Assembly: GCA_043228905.1 (NCBI GenBank)
Contig: JBHGNT010000010.1
Span: 14,942,001 to 15,006,000 of the forward strand
DNA: 64,000 bases
Origin: Azolla caroliniana
Taxonomy: Eukaryota; Plantae; Polypodiophyta
Direction: 5' to 3'
The notes beneath the pieces are model-generated. The model was given only the letters and a program-made list of their open reading frames with translations, ran no database searches and was not told the origin of the DNA. This document shows, piece after piece, positions 35,481-47,634 of the stretch (position 1 is the stretch's first letter; each line of letters begins with the position of its first letter). The position numbers and the translations under genes are program-made.

Positions 35481-37713
35481 TTATGAAGCAATTGCTTCAC
35501 TATATAATAGCAAGTTCAAATATCATCAAGTAACATTGGTGAAACTTGAACCCATAACCTTATTCATTAAGTTTAGAGTACATAGTTGGATAGTATGCAT
35601 GGATAGTTGGATGGTATGCATGCATTGCATATAATGCATGTGCGCCAAATGGCGGTCATGCATCACATGCATTGCATGCAACCTCACATCAATATATGCA
35701 TGTGAGCACCTATATAAAGAGAGGGAAGGGAGGCATCAAGCAAGGAATCAAGGAATCAAATAAGAAAATCAACTAATTAATTAAGAAAAATAAGTTAGCT
35801 CATTTTTTAACAAACACTCTTAATAACTCATAACCTTAAAGCCTTAAATGACAACACCTCCTATGAAATGTACATAGGCTATATATTAGTATGAAATATA
35901 CTAATAGACTTAACTTTAATATTTAATCACTTGTAAATTAAGTTTAAAAACAGAACATCAAGTAATCACACAAGAATATTACCAAATGAATCTTTCACTA
36001 AAATACACGCATCCACCATGTTCATGAGGATGTTACAAAAAGGTTAAATAGACTTGAATAAACCATGGTAAGCTCAATGAGAAAGATTAAGGAAATAAGG
36101 AGGTTAGGGAGCTCTAGCTTAAGGAGGGAGAGAGAGATCTAGTCAAAATTGAAGAGACAAAAAGAAGAAGTATAAAAAGGTACGACACTACTGTTAAACA
36201 CTTCTCTTTTACAAATTTTGGTTATTTACATTTTTGCCGAGCCGTCTTTTCTCTAGCCTATGCTCTAAAGTTGTATTGTATATAAGTTGAATTTTCTCGT
36301 GCTTCTCATTGTTGGCTTCCTACCCGATGGTGCCTCCTAGTGTAACATCCTCATTGACATAATGAATGCATTCTCTTGGGTGTACCCACCACGTTGGAGG
36401 ATTCTTGGAATGATGGTTGTGGTAAGAAGGTACACGGTGAGAAGAAGATGAAGGAGGGAGGCAGAAGAGAGTAGAACGTAGGATTTCAATGGCAAGAGAT
36501 GGAAGGATTACTTGTTTTCTATCAATCTAGATGAATTAGGAGATTTTAGATATGGTTTGTATAAAGTTGGGGGATAGCTCACTGAGATGTGAAGGATGAT
36601 AGGTGCTACCCAAATTCAAAGAAAGGTGGAATAAACAATAAGTCCACCAAAGTTTGAAAATCTTGGAGGTATGGTAATGGAAGTATTTGAGTGCGACCCT
36701 AGATATTTGCATTAAAATCATTTGGTCCTCTGTAGGAGTTTTATCGGGGAGTGGGGATAGCAATAGCTAGTTAAATAACAATGTTGTGCTTTTAAAGAGA
36801 AAATTTTCCATGGCCACCATCTTGGAAGTGGTTAGCAAGTAAGATTTGTACAAATCCAAGAAGGGGAAGATGCCAATTTATTTTGAAATATTCAGTCATT
36901 GAAAGCGCCAAGGTAGTTAGAGTCCAACTGGCCCGTTGTGATGTGTGGAGTATGCGGGAGGAAGTCAAACTTAGGATATAAGAAAGGTTGAGTGATAAGA
37001 AAAATTATGACAAGAAGGAAATGTGATGGATATATCTTAAAGATGAAAAGATGTAGTGTAGTTGGCAAGAGCACACTCTTAAAATTATAATGTCAAAGAT
37101 TGAGATCTTGTTCAAACCATGGTAGGCAAATGTTACGTTATGTGAACTTTAATGGATGCACATGGTGATTGATATTTTGTTCATATGATGTGCCATGGGA
37201 AGATTAGTATAGATGCATGCCAAAAGAAGACCTACTATTTTTATTTGCATGAGGAGCTCCAAAAGCCTATAACAGGGAGAAGAGAGCTCATTGTTAAGGC
37301 TCAGAAAATTTGATGCTAGATGGAAGTTCTATTTAAAATTTACCCAAGGTTAGGATTGCGAAGCAAGAGGGTGTTCAAAATTGATGATGACAAATAAAGT
37401 TGTTGTTCATGGTCTCTTAAAGAAAAACTTGAGGATTTACTCTATTGCTACTTCGTCATTGCTGTGACCACCTCTATTGCTACTCTGCCTTGCCTACCAT
37501 CATAACCTGTAGTCACCTCTAGTCACTTATTGAAACCTGTTATTGAAACCACTTATTGAGACTTGTTGGTGGTTTTAACTTGTTTATGTTAGTGGGTGGA
37601 TATAGTTTTGTTATATATGAACACATATTAAAACTCCTAAGACATGATAGATATTTGAACCCATAACCTCTTTAGAAAGTATTTGTAAACTTAATAATCA
37701 AGGTATATTATAT

Positions 37714-38187
37714 TGTTAATAATTAGCTAATTAACTAAGGGTTAATTAATATCTAATTATGTGAATAATTAATCGCGTATGTGACTAAGCAACGGAAGGT
37801 TATGTGATGTGTGCGTATGTGTGAGTATGAGAGGAAGAGAGAAAGAACACTTATGAACAATAAGATAAGATGGGGGATGATTAACAAGAGTGTAGCTAGA
37901 TGACCAAGTTCTCTATAGTAATAAGCATAATCAAGTTACAAAAATACCCACAATGAGGTATATATAGATCTTATATGCAAGAGTGCGCATGTGTGAGGAG
38001 AATATAGGTACAAAGATGTAAGTCCTATATTAAATGAACATGTGAGTCGAGGATCTAGAATGTATCCCACTCAACTACAAAATCCTATAGGCTTTAAGGT
38101 CAACACACTAACTAGATTCTATTAGGTAACTATTAAGTTACGTGGTTAACTAAATGGCTAAACTTAGTTGAGCTTGATATCTCAACA
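37714..38187 (-). mobile_element. Probable AT-rich solo LTR (474 bp)
   Basis: TGTT...AACA termini with TATAT on both sides; no partner in the window, and the AT-rich TSD is weak evidence. Confidence 0.6.
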
Positions 38188-41092
38188 TATATTAAATATA
38201 TAACTTTTTATATACTTGCTTGTGTTGATTTTGTGCACCTCATGGAAGCACTTCTATCAATCAATGGAGTTTTGCATCCCATTGATGTTGTTTGCTTGGG
38301 GATTAGATTGGCGTATGTCCTATTGGTGGCGAACCAAGCAGCGGTAGTTGTCAAATATGTTCGAGCCGCTAACTCACTTAATGATATGTGATTAGTACTC
38401 ATATCTCTCTCTCTCTCTCTCTCTCTCGCTTACTCTCTTAAACAAAGTGAAGACAAAGAATATGTTTTATTTTACCCTCTTACTAAGAGGTTTAGCACCA
38501 ACAAAGGAGAGAGATTAACATTTATTTACTAAACAATATTGTTAATCTCACTTGAGCTTTTGCTTCAAGGAGAGGAGGCTTAGAGTTCTCATCACTAGGA
38601 GATTCTCAAGAATGAAGAAGAAGCTAAAAAGTCACCACAAGGTGGTTTTTATAGCTTTTACATCATAAGTATGGTTGTTTCTCACCTATTGGCTTGCTTT
38701 TCACCCTATTGGCTATTTCTACTCCCCTTTTTTATGTTGGCATAAAAGGCCAACTCCTTCCACCTTGTATCCTAGTGTGAACTCATCTAAAAGTTAGGGC
38801 TTAATATATAAGCAATAACCTATCGTTGTAAGACAATAACTTCTTCTTCTTCTTCTTCTTGTACATCAGGTCTTTGAAGAGAGAGAGAACGAATTGAGTA
38901 ATAGAGCTTCCATTAAAGCTGATATCACGTCTACTTTCTGTTCGATACTTCTGTGTTGTTTGTCGAGCACGAATCTACAGATTCTCAAATAGGTTTCCGC
39001 ATACACATACGCTATCGTAGTGTATTTCGTACACTACGTGAAAAACGTATATAGTACTAGATTCAATAAATATGAAGAAATAGAAGAAAATATAAAAATA
39101 TATACTACATGCATAGGGCAAGATTCAAAGCTTACCATTACACTAACACATCATGAGTGTTAGAAAAGCAGATATCCCATATAGAAACGTTTTCTCACGC
39201 ATATTAACTAGGAAAAAACTTTAGTTAGAAGAAAAATGTATGATAGAAATAAAAGCTACACATGCACATCTAGCGTGCATAAACACTATAGTCGATAAAA
39301 AACGCATGAGGTTAGAAAAAGCATGATCACTTTTAGAAAAAAAACATGTCAGAGAAAGCATATAGTCTTTAGATAGAAAAAAAAAGCATGGAGTTCATAG
39401 TTAGAGGAGAAGCATGGCTTGTTAAGACTCTCTCATCACTATATAAGGATGTAGAGCACAATATAATAAGGGGGAAAAAAATAAACAAATAAATTATGGA
39501 TTAATTATTAGGGTCTAAATATTGATTAATATAATACTCGTGGGATTCATGAGGTTTTCGATTTCTCTTTTCCAATCCATTCCTATTGATTCCAATCTAT
39601 TTTGAAGTATAATTCTAGGGTTAAATATTAATAAAACTAAAAAAAACTATATTCGTGGGATTCATGACTTTCTATTTCTCTTTCTTACAATCTATTCATA
39701 ACTATACTCGTCTCAAATTCTTCCTCCTAGTCCAAAACCCTAGTGGTTCCCACCTGACTCATGCAATGATCCGGCGCCGAAAGTCACGACAACGCTTCAA
39801 TTGGTATCAGAGCGACATGCTGCTCGACGACAACAGACAACAGAAAAGGTTGAAAGAAAAAGACCAAGTTAGTAAATCTCACTTCCCAAAAGAATCATGG
39901 CATCAACATCCGGTATAGGAGTTGAGATCCAGAAATTCGACGGCAAAAACTTTGCCCTATGGAAGGACATGATGTAGGACGTACTGATTATTCGAAGATA
40001 GGTCGAGGCCATTCGACACAGCGAAAAACTTGCTTCAATGACAGCCGATGAGTGGAGATCAATGGACGAAATTGCACGATCAATGAACACTGTCGTCTCT
40101 TTTGCCATACTGAAGTAGACGACAGTGTTCTCATTGTGGGAGAAGTTACAAGCCGTGTATGAGAAAAAGTTTTCATCTTCAAAAGTGATATTGATCAAAC
40201 AACTGTTCAACATGAAGATGAGAGAAACCGATCCAGCTACCTCTCACATCAACACCTTCAGCCGGGTAGTGTCAGAACTCTCCTCACAAGGGATCAACTT
40301 CGAAGAAGAAGTTAAAGTCCTTGCCCTCCTATCGAGCTTGCCGGCGAGTTGGGAGGTATTCTGTATGACATATGCCAATAGCCGACTAATCCTGAATCTG
40401 GATGAAACGATTGGCCAAGTCCTCACCGAGGACATTCAACGAAAATCGATGGGACTGACCATCGATGAGTTAGCAGAAGCCCATCACTCGACTGAATCGG
40501 TCGACTGACAATGTCGACCGAGAGGACAAGCGGTGTCACGAAATTACGCGAACGTGTAAGGAACGAAGGCGGGACCCAGGACCGAGGAGTGTGAAAAAAG
40601 GGGAAAAGTGAAACAAAGAGTGCGTGTCGGGCAAGCGTTGGATGCCAGCAAGCACAGAGCTCAACCGGCTCGGTCGATATCAGATTGATGCAAGAGACAA
40701 TTAGAAGAGAAAGAAACCCACAATCGATTAAGAATGGATTACGACCGGCTCACCGGTAACTGAGCCACTACTCAATCAACAACCCACATGCACACACCAA
40801 AGACGAGATACAACGTGGAGCCTCTATCGGGAGAACCCGAGTTTCCCACACAAACAAAGGCGTCCGACAAAAGAACTCCTGCAGAGAACACCGATACAGA
40901 ACGAGCGCTTGGTCCCCAGTCCGACAACACTCTGTTCTCCCCAAAATGCGATCCCCCTCTCAGCCCTCTCTCCCGACCTTTATAGGTCCCTGAGGGAGGA
41001 GCCATCACATCCTTTAATTACATCATCTTTATTCTCTATCGCTTCAGACAGAGATTAGTTTTGATTTGTTAATCTATTTAATGTGTCTATAT

Positions 41093-41347
41093 GGGTGAAA
41101 GCATGGGAATGGAAACACTATTATAGCTAGCATGTAGCTAAAATGACCACAACTAAGTTTTTTTTTTATAGCTAATTTTTAGTGGGAAAATCTTGAACAT
41201 ACATAAAATTTATTATGGGGAGGGAAATATTATTATTTATTTGAGATCACATTGTGATAATCCCTAAAATTGCCAAAATATGCAAATTACATGCAGCTTT
41301 TTACATAGCTAATTAGCTTGTGTCCTTAGACTATGTACAAATCACCC
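41093..41347. mobile_element. 255-bp AT-rich MITE-like insertion in the 3' LTR of Gypsy B
   Basis: Absent from the 5' LTR; GGGTGA...TCACCC termini; ATAT duplicated on both sides (or TA with TGGGTGA termini). Confidence 0.7.
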
Positions 41348-44300
41348 ATATCAAAGTCTATCCACATCACGCCGACCTATTCTTAGACTATGTACAAATA
41401 ATTTACAACTGTGTGCATCCGTGCATGCTGTGGTTCATGCGCTCAGGTCTTCGTTTCCGCTCGTAGCCGGTTTTCCTCAGGACATCCACCCCCACCAAAC
41501 CGCACATCCACTGGTATGTGCCGAGAGGGAGAGAGAGATATCAAGGGAAACTGGCCTGCTCTCAACCGTTTCTCTCCAATCCGTCGTGCGCCCTGTCCTC
41601 GTCTGTTTAGCCTAGGTTGTTGCTTTCTTCTGCGCACCCTGGATCCGGCTTGTCCTCGTGCCGTTTCTTGAATGCCTTGATCCGCTTTCCCGCAACCGGT
41701 ACTGTTATCCGCGTCCCGTCAAGCTCCGCGAGATGGTAGGTGGAATTGTTGTTCGTGCTGGTCACCACATAAGGCCCGAATCACCTCCTCGTGAACTTAC
41801 GTGTTGCCTTGTGATGATTGTCAAGGCTACTATCGTAAACTAGAACCCAATCGCCTTCCTCGATCTTCTTCGGTCTCAGCCGGTATGTCCAGTCGAACCG
41901 GTCTTTGTTCTTCTCCCTTACTGTGTAAAACATAGCCTTTGCCCGTTCTACGTCCGCTGGCCTCCGCTCAAGCTGTCAAATCCGTGGACCATGCCGTCAA
42001 CAACTCTTCTCGTTCGTCCAGTCGATTTCCACCCAAGAGGAAATCGTCCGCTCCATCGGCATGACTGGCTTTCGCCCGTACATTAACTTTGCCGGCATGA
42101 ACCCGGTCACCAAACTGTGCGTAGTTCGGTCCGCCCACAATCTGTAAGGTAGGAGCCGCGGCCAATTCCCGACTTGCCCTTCGCACGCCTGTACTAACGC
42201 CTTTACGATTGGTCCGTGTCCACACTCTATCATCCCGTTCGCTTCCAGATTGTATGCCGTAGTGAGGGAGAGTTTTACCCCTAACCGGCCGAACAGTTCT
42301 TCGGCCTCTTGCACGTCCAACTCTCCCCAGTCAGCCACGATCTTCCCCACGCAACCGTACCGGCAGATCACCTCCTCGATCAGGAACCGGCACACGACCG
42401 CATTCATCTTGTTCTGCAACGCACAACCCTCCACCTGGCTCATCAGGTCTTCTCGCGCAAGCACCAGGTACCACATCTGCCATATTCCCATTGGCATCGT
42501 CACTAAGTCCACCATCCATTTGAAGTGGATGGTCGGCGGGTGGGTCAGGTGCAGCTCATCTCGGTGCCGAATCCCAGAATGCATCTGGCAACAGGTTGTC
42601 ACGAACCGGTGCACATCCCGATACATCCCGGCCACCAATATTTCTCTTTTAACTTCTCGAACGTGGCCCATGTCCCGCGGTGTCCGGCCCAAGGACTCTT
42701 GTGATACGCGGATAACAGCTCCTCCTGCTCTTCCCTCCTCACTACTATGTGGAGTGGAACGCCGTTACGCTTCTCCGGGTGCCTCCATATACTCCCGTTC
42801 CACAGGAAGAACCAGTACGCCTTCTTCCGGATCCTGTTCGCCTCGTCCTTCGTCCATGCTGCGTCTGGCGTTAACGTTTTTAAGAACCTGCCGATCCAGA
42901 GCCACTCCCCGTCGTACTCGTTCTTGTTGAACTCATTGAGTGACAGAGTGCTCCCCTCCCTTGCTGCTATGCGAGCCGACTCGAAGAAGTCTATGCTGAC
43001 TTCTTCATTTTCAGAAACCATGCCGTCCTCATCGTTAAACCGCGCTCTCGAAAGCATATTGGCCATGGCGTTGTCTTTCCCGGAGACGTGTTGTATCTCT
43101 GGATTTAGGGACTTGATGTATGCGATCCACATGAGCATAGCTAGGTCCGGAGTTGCACATCCGGAAACCATACCTAGGATAGGTAGGTAGTCCGTCTCGA
43201 TTATTACCTCCGCCCCGATCAAATAGTCTTTGTCAGCCTTGACACCCCAGATTTTGCGTTAAACCTGGGCGTATCCGCGCTGCCACCCACTCAATATCTT
43301 CGCCCCAAACCGGATAGCGAACCTCGCACCATTCTCATCCTCCTAATTGACCGCCCATCCGATCCCGGTCAGGCTCGTGTCCACGTTCACATAAACCAGG
43401 AGACCCTTTCCATAAACCACTTGCCGGAGGGCCGGTGCTGCGGCTAGCGCCTCTTTTAACCTTCAGACCGACTCTGTGTGCTACTCGTTCCATTTGATCT
43501 TATGCCCCTTTTTCAGCAACCCGTAGAGCGGTTCCACGACGTGTCCGTAATGCGGAATCCATATGTGGTAGAACGCGCACGCACCCAGGAACCTTCAGAC
43601 CTCTATAACCGACTTGCATTCTTCTGTCATCACGGAGATGGCCTCCACCTTTGTCGGAGACGGTTTCCGGCCGTAAGGCCCGCACAAGTGTCCAACCCCC
43701 AAGATTTTGGATTGCTCGAAAGCCGACTTCTCTCCGGAGAAGGTGAGTCGCGCACTCTCAAGCCTTCGTAGCACCTTCTCGCAGTCGTCGATGTGGTTTG
43801 CCACGAACCTCCGGCATTCATCCGGCCCCACCGATTCATCCTTATCTTCCACCGGAAATCCCTTGATCGGAATGTCCTCCAAGAATGGGATGGTGATGTC
43901 CGGGATGCAGTCCCTCAACACCTTGTTCATTGCGTTCACCGTATGCGCCACCGAGTTGGTCCCCCCTTGCAGCAGGGTACACATCCGCACTAAGTCGAGG
44001 GGAGTCCGCATTGTCGTAATATCCCTACTCTCTACGACTAGTTGGAATTGGTCGTATCCTGAGTACAGATTGCCAATCGAATAGATTGACCTTCCAGCGA
44101 AGGCTTCTATGAACTCATCAATGGTCGGCCCAATTCCCACGTTTCGAATGGTCACTTTATTGACCGGTTGCAGGTCTTGAATGAAGCGCAGCATGCCGTT
44201 CTTCTTTGGCACCGTAAACCACCGATTTGAATACGGGGCACTCGACGGCTCGAGAATGCCCATCTCCACCTTCTTCATCAATAGCTCCATCAGCTTTGGG

Positions 44301-44944
44301 ATGTGAGCTTTGGGTACCGGAATTGGCTTGAGGTTCCACGGCACATGCGATACCGTGAAGATAACAATCACCTCCACGATCGTCGGGTCCACACACCCGA
44401 TCTCCTCCAGTGAGAATTCGAAGGCCTTCCCGTGCCTCCTGAGCATCCTCTGAAACCGGTCCTTCTCCGCCGATAGTAGAATGCCACCCCACCGATCTTG
44501 AGCTCCTGTAGCATCTCATCGGTGAACCGGTGCCCTATGCCAGCTGGTTTCCGCAAACTTGGGTTTGACGCGACCGCTTCATCCGCTCCTTGCTGCCCTC
44601 CGACAAGCCTCACCTTCCAGTTCACAATTTTGTACCTCAGCTCCATGTGGGCCGTCTGATCCAACCCAACCTTCTCCCCGAAGTCCGCAATGACTTCGTA
44701 CATTTCCACGGAACCGATCGGAATCACCCGGTCTTCACTCAGGTCTTCTTCGAGAACCTTCATGATCTCTTCAAGGGTGTCGTCGAACGAGACCGCCTCC
44801 ACGGCGCCACTAATCTCATCGTCGGAGCTAAGGTCCCCGCATGGCCTAAGACACTCCTCGACCCTCTTCTTTTCCCAGCTGCTAACGCTAGTTATCGTAC
44901 AACCTCCGTTGTCGGTGAACCAAAATTTTCTACCTATGGTACAT

Positions 44945-45012
44945 GTGTGGGGTTTCTCCGGGGTGTTCGGACTATCGTGGCCCCACACCTTGATAGCCCT
45001 CTCTAAAAATCC
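44945..45012 (-). promoter_or_regulatory. Putative -1 ribosomal frameshift signal (G GAU UUU + 6-nt spacer + H-type pseudoknot) between gag-PR and RT of Gypsy B
   Basis: GGATTTT then TAG; stem 1 GGGCTATC/GATAGTCC; stem 2 GTGTGGGG/CCCCACAC; the -1 frame is open (ORF 44368-44988); homologous site in A at 18706-18773. Confidence 0.75.
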
Positions 45013-46241
45013 TCTCGGCCATCACTGCCAAGGGTCTTGCGGTTGCGCTCACGGTTTGGTCGTACTGTCAAGAATTGGACGGAGTGATGCCCGTCCTGGC
45101 TCTTCATCAATGCGTACGCCGAACCATTATCCAGCACCTTGGTCTCCATGCGGGCCGCCTTAATGTAATGTTCGTCGAGTATCACCAGGTGCGAAGATGT
45201 CTCCTACACGAAGAAGTGTTGATCTATCTCAACGTCTCCAATTTTAACACGCACATTCAGGCATGCTCCGTGTAGTTCCTTTGTAGCGCGCGTGGCCGCG
45301 CGTATCTTCCATCCATGCTTTGTGTTGATCGACCATTTCCCCTTTTTGTAGAAGTTCATTGACATCAGGTTTATCTCAGAACCATGGTCTATCAACGCCA
45401 CCACCGGCTCCTGAACGTTCCCGATCCAGATGGGGGTCTTTGTAGTAGCCCTTGCCCAATGCAACTTGGAATAGTGGCTCTCCGCCAACTCGTCCTCCAA
45501 GGCCACGTCTTCTAAGTGCGTCGTCCGCACTTCCACGGGCTTCTCCGGCTCCGGCTCCGTCGTGATCCTTTTACGCTTCACCAAGTCCACGATGGAATCG
45601 TGGAACTCCTTGGCGATTCTGAGCACTTCCCTCAACAACAGCTCCACCTTGCAATCGAGCATCTGTTCCTCGAGGACCTTCTGCAAGGCCTGCTTTGTTC
45701 TATCTGGTACGTCGGAATTACCGGCGTCGTTCTTTTTCGGCCCATACCACATCTCGTACCGTTTCGAGGTTCCGGCTCCTCCTACCTTCCCCACTCGGCT
45801 GATGCCGAATAGTGGATGGCTTCGGCCTGCCGCGCCGCAACCTCTTCCATCAATTGCTTCATTTCGCCGCACCTGATATTCTAGTCCAGGGTTTCTAGGT
45901 TTCGTTCTCGTGCACCCGCCCATTCCAAAGGTACACTACATTGCTTCTGAGTGCCTTCGTAAACTCCGCGCAATCTCTTCGGTTGTGGCCCACCGTGTCG
46001 CACCACATGCATCGTTGTCCGGCCAGACGCCTTCAATCGCGTGTCTGTTCTCCACATTCTCTCCTGGCCTGTGCGATATGGAGATCGTGTACCATCTCGG
46101 TTAGCTCTTCTAGAGCTACTCCCCCGGATGGGACTTTAACCACGCTGGTCGGGGTCCTGCGGCCGACGGGCCCTCTTCTCTCCACTCACACCGTTTGTCG
46201 AAATGGCTGCAGACCCTTTTTAGTACAGCCCAGTCGGCTGT

Positions 46242-46649
46242 GAGCCCATCGTCAATCTCGAATAGGGGACCCACCTTCTCCCGATCCTACGCGTCCAACG
46301 CCGAGAGACGGCTCGTGTCGAGCACGGTCTTGTCCAACGTTGAGAGATGAGCAAACTGTTTCTCAAAGTCTTGGACAATCATCTGTCCTCCGGAATGTCC
46401 CTCATTATCATTTCAGCCGGGAAGGCCCCAAGATAACTCATCGCAGAGCCCATCGTCAATCTCCAATAGGGGACCCACCTTCTCCCGATCCTACGCGTCC
46501 AACGCCGAGAGACGGCTCGTGTCGAGCACGGTCTTGTCCAACGTTGAGAGATGAGCAAACCGTTTCTCAAAGTCTTGGACAATCATCTGTCCTCCGGAAT
46601 GTCCCTCATTATCATTTCAGCCGGGAAGGCCCCAAGATAACTCATCGCA
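46242..46649. repeat. 204-bp tandem duplication in gag of Gypsy B
   Basis: 46242-46445 closely matches 46446-46649 (two substitutions seen). Confidence 0.95.
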
Positions 46650-47634
46650 TTCTTACCTTCAAACCAGCCTATTGTGCCAACGATCGTTTCGATGGCCCGG
46701 TCGAGGGTACCTGTACCTTCACGAGCATTCACTAGTCGGTTTACAGCTGCCGCGATGGCCTTGGCGAGTTCCGTCCCCCTCATCTTCAGAATCCTTTGCT
46801 GCCTTGATTCACGTCGGGTTCACCGAATTATGTCACGAAATTACGTGTACATGTAAGGAATGAAGGCGAGACCGTGGGGGTCCTGGACTGAGGAGTCTCT
46901 CCGGTAACTGAGCCACTACTTGGTCAACAACCCACACGCACACACCAAAGACGAGATACAACGTGGAGCCTCTATCAGGAGCATCCGAGCTTCCCACACG
47001 AACAGAGGCGTCCAACAAAAGAACTCGTGCAGCGAACACCGATACAGACGAGCGCTCGGTCCCCAATTCAACAACACTCTGTTCTCCCCAAATCGCAATA
47101 CCCCTCTCAGCCCTCTCTCCTGACCTTTATAGGTCCCCGAGGGAGGAGCCATCACATCCTGTAATTACATCATCTTTATTCTCTGTCTCTTTGGACATAG
47201 ATTTGTTTTGATTTGTTAATCTATTTAATGTTTCTATATCAAAGTCTGTCCACACCACGCCGACCTATTCTTAGACTATGTACAAATAATTTACAACTAC
47301 GTGCATCCGTGCATGTTGTGGTTCACGCGCTCAGGTCTTCATTTCTGCTCGTAATCGGTTTTCCTCACGACAACGGATAGAACCGGTCGACACTATAGTC
47401 GATCAAAAACGAGGGAAGACCGACAATGGTAGAAGTCCAGAACAGGCCGATCAGGCAAATTCTACACACATTGTAGGAAAGTTGGCCTCAACATTTCTGA
47501 GTGCAGGTCAATCAAGAGGAAAGAGAGTGGCCGACCATCCGTGCGGAATCAAGGACGACCCGACTCGGACCACTCTCTAGTCGGCAACGAAGTTAATGTT
47601 GTCGACACCCGATACAGAGAAATTCTCTCTTTAG

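Larger units (their letters stand above)
40534..47372 (-). mobile_element. Ty3/Gypsy LTR retrotransposon B (same family group as A), decayed
   Basis: LTRs 46831-47372 (5') and 40534-41484 (3'); tRNA-Trp PBS at 46806-46825; PPT GTTTGGTGGGGGTGGA at 41485-41500; 4-bp TSD GCGG/ACGG; gag MRGTELAKA, PR LIDHGSEINLM, RT, RH and INT collinear with A. Confidence 0.95.
39802..47634 (+). mobile_element. Ty1/Copia element D, 5' part only (PBS + gag), split by Gypsy B and truncated by Copia E
   Basis: LTR end ...CTTCA at 39799 (start unresolved); iMet PBS TGGTATCAGAGC at 39802; gag MASTSGIGVEIQKFDGKNFALWK from 39897; LLSSLPASWE; resumes at 47377 with a decayed zinc knuckle. Confidence 0.85.

Noticed and set aside
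35560-37600. ATGCAT-rich palindromic patch and possible decayed LINE ORF1
   Set aside because: No termini, TSD or convincing protein motif could be established by eye.
38860-39799. Candidate 5' LTR of Copia D with TTAGAAAAAGCATG-like subrepeats
   Set aside because: The partner LTR is missing, so the left boundary cannot be fixed; only the 3' end at 39799 is supported.
46806-46825. tRNA-Trp 3' end sequence
   Set aside because: It is the PBS of Gypsy B, not a tRNA gene; there is no 5' half.
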